Source: a virus. Taken from it: a DNA stretch of 64,000 bases. The notes beneath the pieces are model-generated. The model ran no database searches and was not told the origin of the DNA. It saw only the letters and a program-made list of their open reading frames with translations. Positions 9,808-18,180 of this stretch are shown piece after piece; the stretch's first letter is position 1; each line of letters starts with the position of its first letter. The stretch lies in IMG/VR virus record IMGVR_UViG_3300032331_003707, positions 36,346 through 100,345 of that record. One strand, given 5' to 3'. The translations under genes were made by a program, and so were the position numbers.

Positions 9808-10269
9808 ATGATTAAATTTACAGAAACAGATTCAGGGCGTGTCAGAGCCGGATTCACAGATGAAAACAATGACTGCGCAGTTAGAGCATTAGCTGAAGTA
9901 ACTGGAACAAGTTATTCAAATGCACACATGTTTTGGGGGCAGTTAGGTCGAAAAAGAGGTGGTGGTTCGTTTATGGTGTGGTTAGATAAGTATTTGTTTA
10001 ATAATGACGACAAAGTATTTGGTATGAAAGTAAAGCGACACAAAATGCCATATCACGATCATGAACGTCAACCCGACCCTGTTACTCGTAAACCAACATT
10101 GAAGCGATTAAATGTTAAAACGTTTATACAACAAAACCCAACAGGTAGGTTCATGATTATTACTTGTAATCATGCTAAGGCCATTGTTGATAGTGAGATA
10201 CGTGATTTTGAACAAGGTGTTTACAGTGAGGTAGCATTAGTATATGAATTTATATCCCCAACTTCTTAG
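9808..10269 (+). CDS. Hypothetical phage protein (DC..RA family)
   Basis: NDCAVRALA and distal His (CNHA); possible papain-like Cys/His dyad. Confidence 0.6.
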   Translation: MIKFTETDSGRVRAGFTDENNDCAVRALAEVTGTSYSNAHMFWGQLGRKRGGGSFMVWLDKYLFNNDDKVFGMKVKRHKMPYHDHERQPDPVTRKPTLKRLNVKTFIQQNPTGRFMIITCNHAKAIVDSEIRDFEQGVYSEVALVYEFISPTS

Positions 10270-10326
10270 CCGAGATTTTAGAACAAATGATATTATCTTT
10301 ATAGTATAATTAAAAACACAAAACAC

Positions 10327-11049
10327 ATGGAAAAAATTAGAATTGTTTGTGGTAAAGATTTGAATTTCAATAATTCAATCCTTCAACCAATGAAAACCAA
10401 ATCAGAATTAGATGTAATTCTATCTGAAAGTGGTGGTTTAATGCCTGCAACTAACATGGTTATTGCTGGTGGTGCTGGGTCAGGTAAAACAACGTTAACA
10501 TTAGATATGTTAGCTCGACTCACCACTGAGGGGTATAAAACATTGTTTATATCTGCTGAGATGGATGAGATTGGTTATTTCAAGTATTGCAAACGCTTAC
10601 CTGCCATCGCATCTGTTCCCGTATTTTTTGTTAAAAATCATGTTGATACGTTAGCTCAAACATTGCTAACAGTGTTAGATGAGGGTTATGATGTGGTTGC
10701 TATTGATAGTGTTGCTGAGATATTAGGCATGTTCAAAGATGTATATAAAACTACGGAAGTAGCTGGTGAGAGATGGTTATTGGAGTTACAAGACAAACAT
10801 AAAATGGGTCGTAACAAAACATCTACACATACATGTTTCATTAACATTCAACAAGTAACCAAACAAGGTACGTTTGCTGGTAGTAACCGATTGAAACATA
10901 TGACTGATGCTATGGCCATTATCAAACGTGATGTGGATACAGCAGAGCGTAGTCTACAGTTTGAGAAGAATCGTGATGGTAACACAGATCAGGTAGTAAC
11001 ATTTAGAATTACATCTGATAGTGTAGCATATGGTTTTGAGAGTATATAA
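10327..11049 (+). CDS. RadA/Sms-like (RecA/KaiC superfamily) ATPase
   Basis: GGAGSGKTT, FISAEM, VAIDS, QVTK.G.FAGS..LKHMTD, KNR.G; lacks the zinc finger and Lon domain. Confidence 0.8.
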   Translation: MEKIRIVCGKDLNFNNSILQPMKTKSELDVILSESGGLMPATNMVIAGGAGSGKTTLTLDMLARLTTEGYKTLFISAEMDEIGYFKYCKRLPAIASVPVFFVKNHVDTLAQTLLTVLDEGYDVVAIDSVAEILGMFKDVYKTTEVAGERWLLELQDKHKMGRNKTSTHTCFINIQQVTKQGTFAGSNRLKHMTDAMAIIKRDVDTAERSLQFEKNRDGNTDQVVTFRITSDSVAYGFESI

Positions 11050-11170
11050 TGTGTGTGTGTTTTAACATAGGTATGAATTAGGGTGAAGAGTAAAAAAAGC
11101 AGTAGCCCTAATTTCTTACCCTTGGTTTTAAAAGTATTTTTATTATCTTTATAGTATAAGAAAAAATAAT

Positions 11171-11256
11171 GGCCGGATGGTGAAACAGGTAGACACGCAG
11201 GACTTAAAATCCTGTTGCCCGAAACGGCAGTGTGGGTTCGATTCCCACTCCGGCTA
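11171..11256 (+). tRNA. tRNA-Leu (anticodon UAA)
   Basis: GGCCGGA/TCCGGCT acceptor stem, D-loop GGTAGAC, CAGGA-CTTAAAA-TCCTG anticodon arm, long variable arm, GGGTTCGATTCCC T-arm; no encoded CCA. Confidence 0.93.
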
Positions 11257-11265
11257 CTAAAAAGG

Positions 11266-11473
11266 ATTGTTATGCTACCCACACCTAGGGTTAGTGAGTT
11301 ACTTAAAGAGGTACAGTCTGACGAGGCAGACCATAACAATAATACAATGAGGAAGGCCCTTAGGCAAGGCTATGTCAACTGGAACGTATGCCGGAAGATG
11401 AATAACCACTTACTCATGGGTTCGAACGCGATGCAAAGCGCCCCAGAGACCCAGACCTGATCAGTCTGGGTCT
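11266..11473 (+). ncRNA. Putative structured RNA in the tRNA 3' trailer
   Basis: ATTGTTATG/CATAACAAT, GTCTG/CAGAC and ATGAG.AAG/CTT.CTCAT stems; terminal 10-bp hairpin with CTGATCA loop; GC-richer than flanks. Confidence 0.5.
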
Positions 11474-11551
11474 TACCTTTTAAAATTACCATAATTTTTT
11501 ATCCGAGGTTCTGAAATTGAATTTTATATCTTTATAGTATAAGAAAAAAAT

Positions 11552-11728
11552 ATGAGTAAGTTTCAAGTAAAGTATTCAGGTAAGATGATGGATCAATTCC
11601 CACAGAATAGATTCAATCAATACCCAGCAACAGCACCTGCTTATGAGGTATTAGATGAAAACGGAACATCTAGGTTTGTTGGTTCATATCAAGCATGTTG
11701 GAATTTTATTCAAATATTCGCTAATTAA
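11552..11728 (+). CDS. Small hypothetical protein (58 aa)
   Basis: Follows promoter element at 11503. Confidence 0.55.
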   Translation: MSKFQVKYSGKMMDQFPQNRFNQYPATAPAYEVLDENGTSRFVGSYQACWNFIQIFAN

Positions 11729-11740
11729 ACAATACATAAT

Positions 11741-11893
11741 ATGAAATATACACCAGCAATGCAACAAGTAGTAATGACACTCCAACAATATGGAATTGTC
11801 AACCCATCACCAAACCAAGTAGCATTAATCGCTTCAGATATAGGTGAGAATTTAACCAGCGCTCAAATAGTATACATATCAAATAATGTCTAA
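11741..11893 (+). CDS. Small hypothetical protein (50 aa)
   Basis: A-rich leader, operonic. Confidence 0.5.
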   Translation: MKYTPAMQQVVMTLQQYGIVNPSPNQVALIASDIGENLTSAQIVYISNNV

Positions 11894-11905
11894 ATAAAAC
11901 ACAAC

Positions 11906-12391
11906 ATGAACGTAGCAGAAATTAAACACAAAGTAGCAGAGCTAATGCTCGAATCAAAGACAAAATGGGAAAAAACATTTAATGGTATTGAACCCGCTAC
12001 AAAAGAAGAACGAGATGCTTATGAACAGCATTTGAAGCTCACCAACAGCAAAATCAAACAAATCGTTCCACGAGAACTACAACTATGCATAGGCTTAACT
12101 GGATGTGCTAAGACAGTATGGAATGGTGATGTTGATAGAGAGATTGAAGCAGAGTTTGGTAAGGGTAATGGTGTGTATTGTGATAGTGAGTCAGGTATGT
12201 TTTATGCTAAGGCATCACCTAGGATGGTTCATAAGTTGATTCGATTCATTGATTATAAGTTTCCAAACGAACTTGAACTAAGCATATCACCAACAGGCGA
12301 TTGGGATGATAATGGTAATCCATGGTTTTACAACTGGAATGGTATTGAACGTTATTTTAAGGAGTTAGAACAAGATGCCGAAAACTCTTGA
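11906..12391 (+). CDS. Hypothetical phage protein
   Basis: 161-aa ORF; stop codon lies in the next repeat. Confidence 0.6.
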   Translation: MNVAEIKHKVAELMLESKTKWEKTFNGIEPATKEERDAYEQHLKLTNSKIKQIVPRELQLCIGLTGCAKTVWNGDVDREIEAEFGKGNGVYCDSESGMFYAKASPRMVHKLIRFIDYKFPNELELSISPTGDWDDNGNPWFYNWNGIERYFKELEQDAENS

Positions 12392-12447
12392 GCCGAGGTT
12401 ATTAAATGAACATTATTATCTTTATAGTATAATTAAAAAATACACAC

Positions 12448-12783
12448 ATGAGTAAAAAAACAAGCAAAATCATCACAGTATCCTTCAATGAAGGTAAAGA
12501 GCGAGTTAGAACAATGATTAGCGAGACATTCTCCCATATGATAGGTGATGTTGTACTTGATCTACAACAACTCAAAGATAGTGGTGATTTAGATGAATTA
12601 CAATCAACCACAAGCATGTTACAAACATTTCTAAGCATGCAAAAATCTATGTTGCTAAGCTTAGATAAGTGTTATTGCTTAGCAGAGATTGTAGGTTTAA
12701 GTAGTGAGTATGATATATTTGAGGAGTGTGAAGAGCAATTGGTTGGGGCGTTTTTAGGACAAAACATAATCATAATACAATAA
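12448..12783 (+). CDS. Hypothetical early protein
   Basis: Own promoter element and CA-rich leader. Confidence 0.6.
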   Translation: MSKKTSKIITVSFNEGKERVRTMISETFSHMIGDVVLDLQQLKDSGDLDELQSTTSMLQTFLSMQKSMLLSLDKCYCLAEIVGLSSEYDIFEECEEQLVGAFLGQNIIIIQ

Positions 12784-12860
12784 TAAATTCCCTAACTTCT
12801 TAGCCGAGATTTTCAAGTATTATATATTATCTTTATAGTATAAATTAAAAACATAAACAT

Positions 12861-13091
12861 ATGAAATTTCAATGTATTAAAGGTTTCGCAACATCAGATA
12901 ATATATCTGTAATTGCAATGGAAGGTGATGTGGTTGAATTAATTTCAACTGATGAAGGTGAAGTTGTAGTGAATGGGATAGCAGGATGGTGTAATGGGTT
13001 TGAATTAAACTTCACACCAAGAGAATTCACTACACACTTCAGAACACTTGGAATCACATATACTATTTGGGATAAGGATAAAGTAAAATAA
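12861..13091 (+). CDS. Hypothetical early protein (SH3-like beta pattern)
   Basis: Own promoter element; CIK.F....EGDVVEL pattern. Confidence 0.55.
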   Translation: MKFQCIKGFATSDNISVIAMEGDVVELISTDEGEVVVNGIAGWCNGFELNFTPREFTTHFRTLGITYTIWDKDKVK

Positions 13092-13102
13092 AAACAAACA
13101 AT

Positions 13103-13645
13103 ATGAAAACAGTAGAAGAACAAATCGCAGAGTTACAAGACCGATTAAATAAACTTGAAAACAACTTAACAGAACGCTCTGAAGAGTATGAGCCGTGTTG
13201 TATTGAGGAGTGTACTTGTGAAGAACCTGAAACAGAAACGAATGAAGAAAAAGTCATATTAAGACGAGGTGAGGTTTTAACAGAAGATGATAATGGACCT
13301 GAGTTTGACAGTGCAGGGTTTAGCGAAGCAGACCGCGAACCAGACCCAGAACAAACAATATCATTCAATAGAGAAGAACTAATCACACTTGCTGCTAAAC
13401 TAATGGAGCGAGCCTTAAAAGCAGCTAAAGAAGCAGTGGCAGATACTGAGTTTGATGTTGATTCGTTAGTTTCATTAGAGTTAAATACGTGGAGTGGTAA
13501 TACAATTGAAGTTGAGTTAGACAAAGACACAATTGTTGATAATATATGTAGTGAGATTAGTGATACTATTTATTTAGATAATGACTCAGTTGAAGATGAA
13601 TTACATGATATTTTAGTAGAAATAGGTAAAATAAAAATAAGTTAA
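13103..13645 (+). CDS. Highly acidic hypothetical protein
   Basis: N-terminal coiled coil; very D/E-rich. Confidence 0.6.
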   Translation: MKTVEEQIAELQDRLNKLENNLTERSEEYEPCCIEECTCEEPETETNEEKVILRRGEVLTEDDNGPEFDSAGFSEADREPDPEQTISFNREELITLAAKLMERALKAAKEAVADTEFDVDSLVSLELNTWSGNTIEVELDKDTIVDNICSEISDTIYLDNDSVEDELHDILVEIGKIKIS

Positions 13646-13674
13646 TTATGTGTGTGTTTTATATGTGTGCGATT

Positions 13675-13694
13675 GTGGGGACTTAGGTCCCCAC
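13675..13694 (+). terminator. Hairpin overlapping the next promoter element
   Basis: GTGGGGAC-TTAG-GTCCCCAC followed by TCTTGTT. Confidence 0.6.
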
Positions 13695-13758
13695 TCTTGT
13701 TCCGAGGTAAAAAAACATTCGATATTATCTTTATAGTATAATTAAAAAATATACACAT

Positions 13759-13935
13759 ATGAATCTAATTAAAGTAGAAAGAATCATTGCTCTAAAACAA
13801 AGACAAAAACAACTTGCAACACATTATGGCGAGCCAGATTGGGACCTTGAATGGGAATTGTCAGAACTAGAAGGGTCATTAACAAAACAGGAAGCATCAA
13901 AACTAATTGAACTCGAAACAGCAATACTATTTTAG
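13759..13935 (+). CDS. Small hypothetical protein (58 aa)
   Basis: Lies between promoter elements; read manually. Confidence 0.55.
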   Translation: MNLIKVERIIALKQRQKQLATHYGEPDWDLEWELSELEGSLTKQEASKLIELETAILF

Positions 13936-14013
13936 TATTGTTGCCTTAACTCCTTATCCGAGGTTATTAAGCAGATTATATTAAATTTATAGAAATAATA
14001 AAAACATACAATT

Positions 14014-14256
14014 ATGACAGTAAAAGAATTAAGAGAAGTATTAGCAGATTTCGACGCAGACATGGAAGTACGATTCGCATACAACTATGGCGATTATTGG
14101 AATAGCGAAGTAGCAGCAGACATAACTGATGCAGAAATAGGTCAAGTTCAATACTCAGCATATCATAGATCAGACAAGGTTGTTGATCCTGACAGAGATA
14201 ATGATGACGATAGCATAAATGCCTTAACCGCTCCACACGTAGTGATTTTAAGATAA
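14014..14256 (+). CDS. Small acidic phage protein (MTVKEL...D.EV family)
   Basis: Own promoter element; similar N-terminus to 18714..18908. Confidence 0.65.
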   Translation: MTVKELREVLADFDADMEVRFAYNYGDYWNSEVAADITDAEIGQVQYSAYHRSDKVVDPDRDNDDDSINALTAPHVVILR

Positions 14257-14326
14257 TACAACTCCTTAGCCGAGATTCTAAAATGAACGATATTATCTTT
14301 AGAGTATAATTAAAAATAACACACAT

Positions 14327-14704
14327 ATGAAAATCTTATTAACACAAATCGAATCAGAAGATTATTTCTTGAATGCATTATGTAATGGCCTACATGAATT
14401 AGGTAATTACGGAGTTGAACTCGATTACAACGAGGATGAATATAAATTATCACGAGCATCATTAGGACCAAATGCACCGTGTTTTGAAGATGTATTGATG
14501 CAAATGTTACGTGATGGTTACAAATTAGATTTTACTGATACTGAAGCAGAAGAAACCACATCTATTACAATGCATGACGTTTACGCTAAGGTACAGGAAA
14601 CAGATATACGTCATTTATTAGATATGATAAATGAACGAGACGATGCTATAACAGCAGATGCTATATTACAAACAGTTATATATGGTGAGGTTATCTTCGG
14701 ATAA
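14327..14704 (+). CDS. Hypothetical phage protein
   Basis: C-terminal DA..AD..LQ...YGEVIFG motif; own promoter element. Confidence 0.65.
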   Translation: MKILLTQIESEDYFLNALCNGLHELGNYGVELDYNEDEYKLSRASLGPNAPCFEDVLMQMLRDGYKLDFTDTEAEETTSITMHDVYAKVQETDIRHLLDMINERDDAITADAILQTVIYGEVIFG

Positions 14705-14774
14705 CCTTACCTTTTAGCCGAGGTTATTCAACATTTGTTATTACTTTTATAGTATAAGAAAAAATAACACACAT

Positions 14775-15044
14775 ATGAAAAAGTATCAAGACATACCCGA
14801 AATTACCGAGTATATACAAGCCCAAGAACTAATGATGTTAGCAGATTTAGCTAGGTTTGGTATTAGTGAAGGTAAGTTTCAACTTGAATTGTGTAAAGAA
14901 GAATTGAAAGCAACACCAGACATGGATGAACGGGAAGAAATTCTATTACAAGCTAAAGATATACAACATCATATCGATACATGTAATGAAACACTAAAAT
15001 TCTTCAAAACGGAATTAAAATCATTAGTGTATATATTTAATTAA
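14775..15044 (+). CDS. Hypothetical early protein
   Basis: Own promoter element. Confidence 0.6.
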   Translation: MKKYQDIPEITEYIQAQELMMLADLARFGISEGKFQLELCKEELKATPDMDEREEILLQAKDIQHHIDTCNETLKFFKTELKSLVYIFN

Positions 15045-15115
15045 CCCTAATTCCTTACCCGAGATAAGGGAATAAATGATATTATCTTTAGAGTATAATT
15101 AAAAAATATACACAC

Positions 15116-15373
15116 ATGAGTAAAAAAACAATCAAAATTAACCTAAACGCAAACACAGAAAAAGAATTGTTGTATAGACATTCATACGATTTAGGAACAC
15201 TAATCGGAACAATGAGTGGTATATTAAAATACACAGATACTACTGACGAAGTGAAACGTTTAATACTTAGATCACTACGTGAAATTGAACACGGTGATTC
15301 AGAATATAGTAAAAGTAAGATTAAACAGTTAGAAGCATTGGCGGATAGTTTTGGATTCGAATTCGAATCCTAA
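15116..15373 (+). CDS. Hypothetical early protein
   Basis: Own promoter element. Confidence 0.6.
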   Translation: MSKKTIKINLNANTEKELLYRHSYDLGTLIGTMSGILKYTDTTDEVKRLILRSLREIEHGDSEYSKSKIKQLEALADSFGFEFES

Positions 15374-15449
15374 ACTCTTTATCCGAGGTTTTAAGATAGA
15401 TATTCATATTTTTATAGTATAAGAAAAAATAATAAACACATAAAAGCAT

Positions 15450-15650
15450 ATGAACGCAGATATCCACTTCACAGACGACCAAGGTAATGAGTTTTATGTT
15501 GGGATAAGAAATGGTGAATTAAGTCAAGTTTGGAAAAATAAAATGGACCTACATGATTTTAGAGTTTATTATGAAGAATTAGATAAAATAGAACCTAACC
15601 ATGGTATGTTTATAGATAGTGATGAATGGGAGAAAGAAATGGGTAGATAG
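15450..15650 (+). CDS. Hypothetical early protein
   Basis: Own promoter element. Confidence 0.55.
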   Translation: MNADIHFTDDQGNEFYVGIRNGELSQVWKNKMDLHDFRVYYEELDKIEPNHGMFIDSDEWEKEMGR

Positions 15651-15738
15651 TACCCTAACTGTTTAGCCGAGATTATTGAGTAAAATATATTATCTTTATA
15701 TCATAAGAAAAAATAATAATCAAATAAAACACACAATT

Positions 15739-15915
15739 ATGCAAAGCGAATTACAGAAAATCATCAGTAACTTACTTCAATGTGGTATCAGTCAAAGTCA
15801 AATCGATGCGTTCGCAGCATTATATAGCGAAGCAGAAAAATTGAAAATTGAATTTGAAGAATTTGATCAATACGAAAAGGACGGACCATTGTACATCACA
15901 TTGAAAATAAAATAA
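15739..15915 (+). CDS. Small hypothetical protein (58 aa)
   Basis: ATG after CA-rich leader; the ORF-track start at 15676 lies inside the promoter. Confidence 0.55.
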   Translation: MQSELQKIISNLLQCGISQSQIDAFAALYSEAEKLKIEFEEFDQYEKDGPLYITLKIK

Positions 15916-15934
15916 TAATTAAAAATAAAAAATT

Positions 15935-16090
15935 ATGTATAGTTTAGATTGTTCCTACTACACAAAATCATTTACAACATTAAATGAGTTAATAGATGAT
16001 GTGACAATATCAGGCATGGACCCAAATTATGAGATAACACGTGACGGAAAAGGAATAGGGGAAAATGCAATTGATTACCTAGTATTTTAA
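15935..16090 (+). CDS. 51-aa protein, paralog A (MYSL.C.YYTK...SGMDPNYEIT)
   Basis: 37/51 identical to 17802..17957. Confidence 0.75.
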   Translation: MYSLDCSYYTKSFTTLNELIDDVTISGMDPNYEITRDGKGIGENAIDYLVF

Positions 16091-16160
16091 TCCGAGATAA
16101 GAAAGCAGATTATATTAAATTTATAGTATAAGAAAAAATAAAATATAATACCAGAAAAAC

Positions 16161-16460
16161 ATGAAGACACAGAACGAATTATTCAAAACATTCCTAAACG
16201 AGAATATCAATGAATTGAAAGATGTATTGGTGGATACGTTTGAATTAGATGAGGATAATGTGAATGATATTGTTGGGTTTGACGGAAACAATTATGATGG
16301 GTATTATGGAGTAGATAAAGAAGGAGAATGTGTAACGTTTGGATGTGATATATTTGAATCATTAGATGATGATTTTGAAGAAGATAATGGTGATGATGTA
16401 TCGATTGGAACAGATGTGATTGGTGGGAAAGAAATATATTTTGTATGTTACGATTTCTAA
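16161..16460 (+). CDS. Very acidic small protein (possible DNA mimic)
   Basis: Roughly 30% D/E, 99 aa, own promoter element. Confidence 0.6.
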   Translation: MKTQNELFKTFLNENINELKDVLVDTFELDEDNVNDIVGFDGNNYDGYYGVDKEGECVTFGCDIFESLDDDFEEDNGDDVSIGTDVIGGKEIYFVCYDF

Positions 16461-16512
16461 AATCCTAACTCATTGTCCGTGATAAAGAAAGAAAATATAT
16501 TATCTTTATAGT

Positions 16513-16683
16513 ATGAAAGGAAAAATAACAGAAATGATAGTATCAATCATCACAATGTATTTGATTGGTAGTTGTATGTTTTTATCGTTTAATCCATATG
16601 AATGGAGTATAACGGGAATAATCATATTAACATTAGTATTAGGAAAAGTATTAGGAGATTTGTATTATGGGACAAAAGAATAA
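16513..16683 (+). CDS. Small 2-TM membrane protein (56 aa)
   Basis: ATG 4 nt after the -7 box; two hydrophobic helices. Confidence 0.55.
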   Translation: MKGKITEMIVSIITMYLIGSCMFLSFNPYEWSITGIIILTLVLGKVLGDLYYGTKE

Positions 16684-16918
16684 ATTTAGTTCGTATAAAC
16701 ATTATCTAACATATCTAACTAATCATGGAGATGTGGAGAGTGATATGATAGAGAAATTCATTGAAACGGGATTGTTGATAAAAGAGAAACAAGTGACGGT
16801 GGATGGGTATGAAGCGATTGGGTTTCGTGTGATGACGGAACGTGAATTTAACGGATCTAAGATGAAGAGAAATGATATTTTTAGTCGTGTTGAGAGATGG
16901 TTAATTGGTGACAAATAA
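16667..16918 (+). CDS. Hypothetical protein
   Basis: Overlapping ORF. Confidence 0.5.
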   Translation: MGQKNKFSSYKHYLTYLTNHGDVESDMIEKFIETGLLIKEKQVTVDGYEAIGFRVMTEREFNGSKMKRNDIFSRVERWLIGDK

Positions 16919-17151
16919 AGATAGTGTGTGTTGTTTTAGGAATGGGAATTGGTGGTATGTGACATACGTATATATCAATGATATTACGGAATTATGAACA
17001 CATGCTACCTTCCCCCCATCGCCTTCCAAATTTAGATAAGTAAAAAGAGGATATTTGTATATATTTTCCCTAACTCCTTATCCGAGGTTCCAAAAAGAAG
17101 GAATATATCTTTAGAGTATAAGTAAAAAGATATAAATTAAAAACAACAACT

Positions 17152-17352
17152 ATGTTAAGATGGATGTGGGATATGTATGGTATGTTTTCTTTAATGAAAC
17201 TACTAATGTGGGACCTACCATTTATGTCCCTGAAGTTTACATATTACATGTTTAAGTACACTATCATAACGATGTATTATGTTATGAAGGGTTGTTTTGA
17301 AATGTTTAAGCTTTTTTATGTATTCATAAAGTTTTTAACAGGTATTTTTTAA
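17152..17352 (+). CDS. Hydrophobic Met/Phe/Tyr-rich small protein
   Basis: Own promoter element and leader. Confidence 0.5.
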   Translation: MLRWMWDMYGMFSLMKLLMWDLPFMSLKFTYYMFKYTIITMYYVMKGCFEMFKLFYVFIKFLTGIF

Positions 17353-17442
17353 GAGATAAAAAGGGAACTTGAATAAGATTCCCTTCTCTTTATTCGAGAT
17401 AAGAAGAAAAATGAACGTATTTTTACAGAAAAAAGAAAACAA

Positions 17443-17754
17443 ATGATTAAGATAAATAAACACCCAGAATCAATCGACAACATGAGTAACCTAATAGAAT
17501 CAGGGTTCACCATGAAATTCGAGAACGGAAATACTATCAGTGTTCAGTTCGGTGATTTTAATTACAGTAGTAATAAAGATAAAGGAACAAAGAACACTGC
17601 AACATCAGCAGAAGTAGCAATATGGAACAGTGATGGGACGTGGTACGATTTTGGTGATGAGTTATATATTAAGGGATGGTGTGGTGTTGATGAGGTAGCG
17701 AAGTGGGTTTCATTTGCTGCTACCAATGTTTTTAGCCAAGGCTCTGAAGCATGA
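17443..17754 (+). CDS. Hypothetical phage protein
   Basis: F.M.FENG.TISVQFG...SAEVAIW motif. Confidence 0.65.
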   Translation: MIKINKHPESIDNMSNLIESGFTMKFENGNTISVQFGDFNYSSNKDKGTKNTATSAEVAIWNSDGTWYDFGDELYIKGWCGVDEVAKWVSFAATNVFSQGSEA

Positions 17755-17801
17755 TATCGTACATTTATAGTATAAGAAAAAATAATTAAACACACACAAT
17801 T

Positions 17802-17957
17802 ATGTATAGCTTAAACTGCCATTACTACACAAAGCAATTCCCAGCATTAAACGAATTGATAGAGGATATAACTATATCAGGTATGGATCCAAATTATGAG
17901 ATAACACTTGATGGAGAAGGAACAGGAGAAGAAGCAATTGATTTCATTACTTTCTAG
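17802..17957 (+). CDS. 51-aa protein, paralog B
   Basis: Paralog of 15935..16090. Confidence 0.75.
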   Translation: MYSLNCHYYTKQFPALNELIEDITISGMDPNYEITLDGEGTGEEAIDFITF

Positions 17958-18006
17958 CCGAGACTCTAGAACATGATATATTATATTTACATAAAAAATA
18001 AAGGTT

Positions 18007-18111
18007 ATGAAAAACAACAACACAGCACATTTGGGTAAGTATGTAGTGGTGAACAATGTCCCACACAAGTTCGTAAACGGAAAATTAATAGCGCTAACCA
18101 AGAAGGGTTAA
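18007..18111 (+). CDS. 34-aa peptide
   Basis: Own promoter element and AAAGGTTATG leader. Confidence 0.4.
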   Translation: MKNNNTAHLGKYVVVNNVPHKFVNGKLIALTKKG

Positions 18112-18123
18112 GCGCTATTTTTT
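18087..18123 (+). terminator. Intrinsic terminator
   Basis: AATAGCGCT...AGCGCTATT stem followed by a T-run. Confidence 0.6.
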
Positions 18124-18180
18124 ATCCGAGACAACACATTGTTTAGTCGTATATTTAGCTTGTAATAAAAAAACACACAC

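Noticed and set aside
11318-11340. Hammerhead ribozyme (CTGACGA core)
   Set aside because: No downstream GAAA and no compatible stems I-III.
11347-11420. RNase P RNA (GAGGAAGGCCC resembles CR-I)
   Set aside because: Too short and no recognisable CR-V or P4 partner.
11215-11460. 81-aa ORF in the track
   Set aside because: Overlaps the tRNA and structured trailer, has a non-ATG start and no leader.
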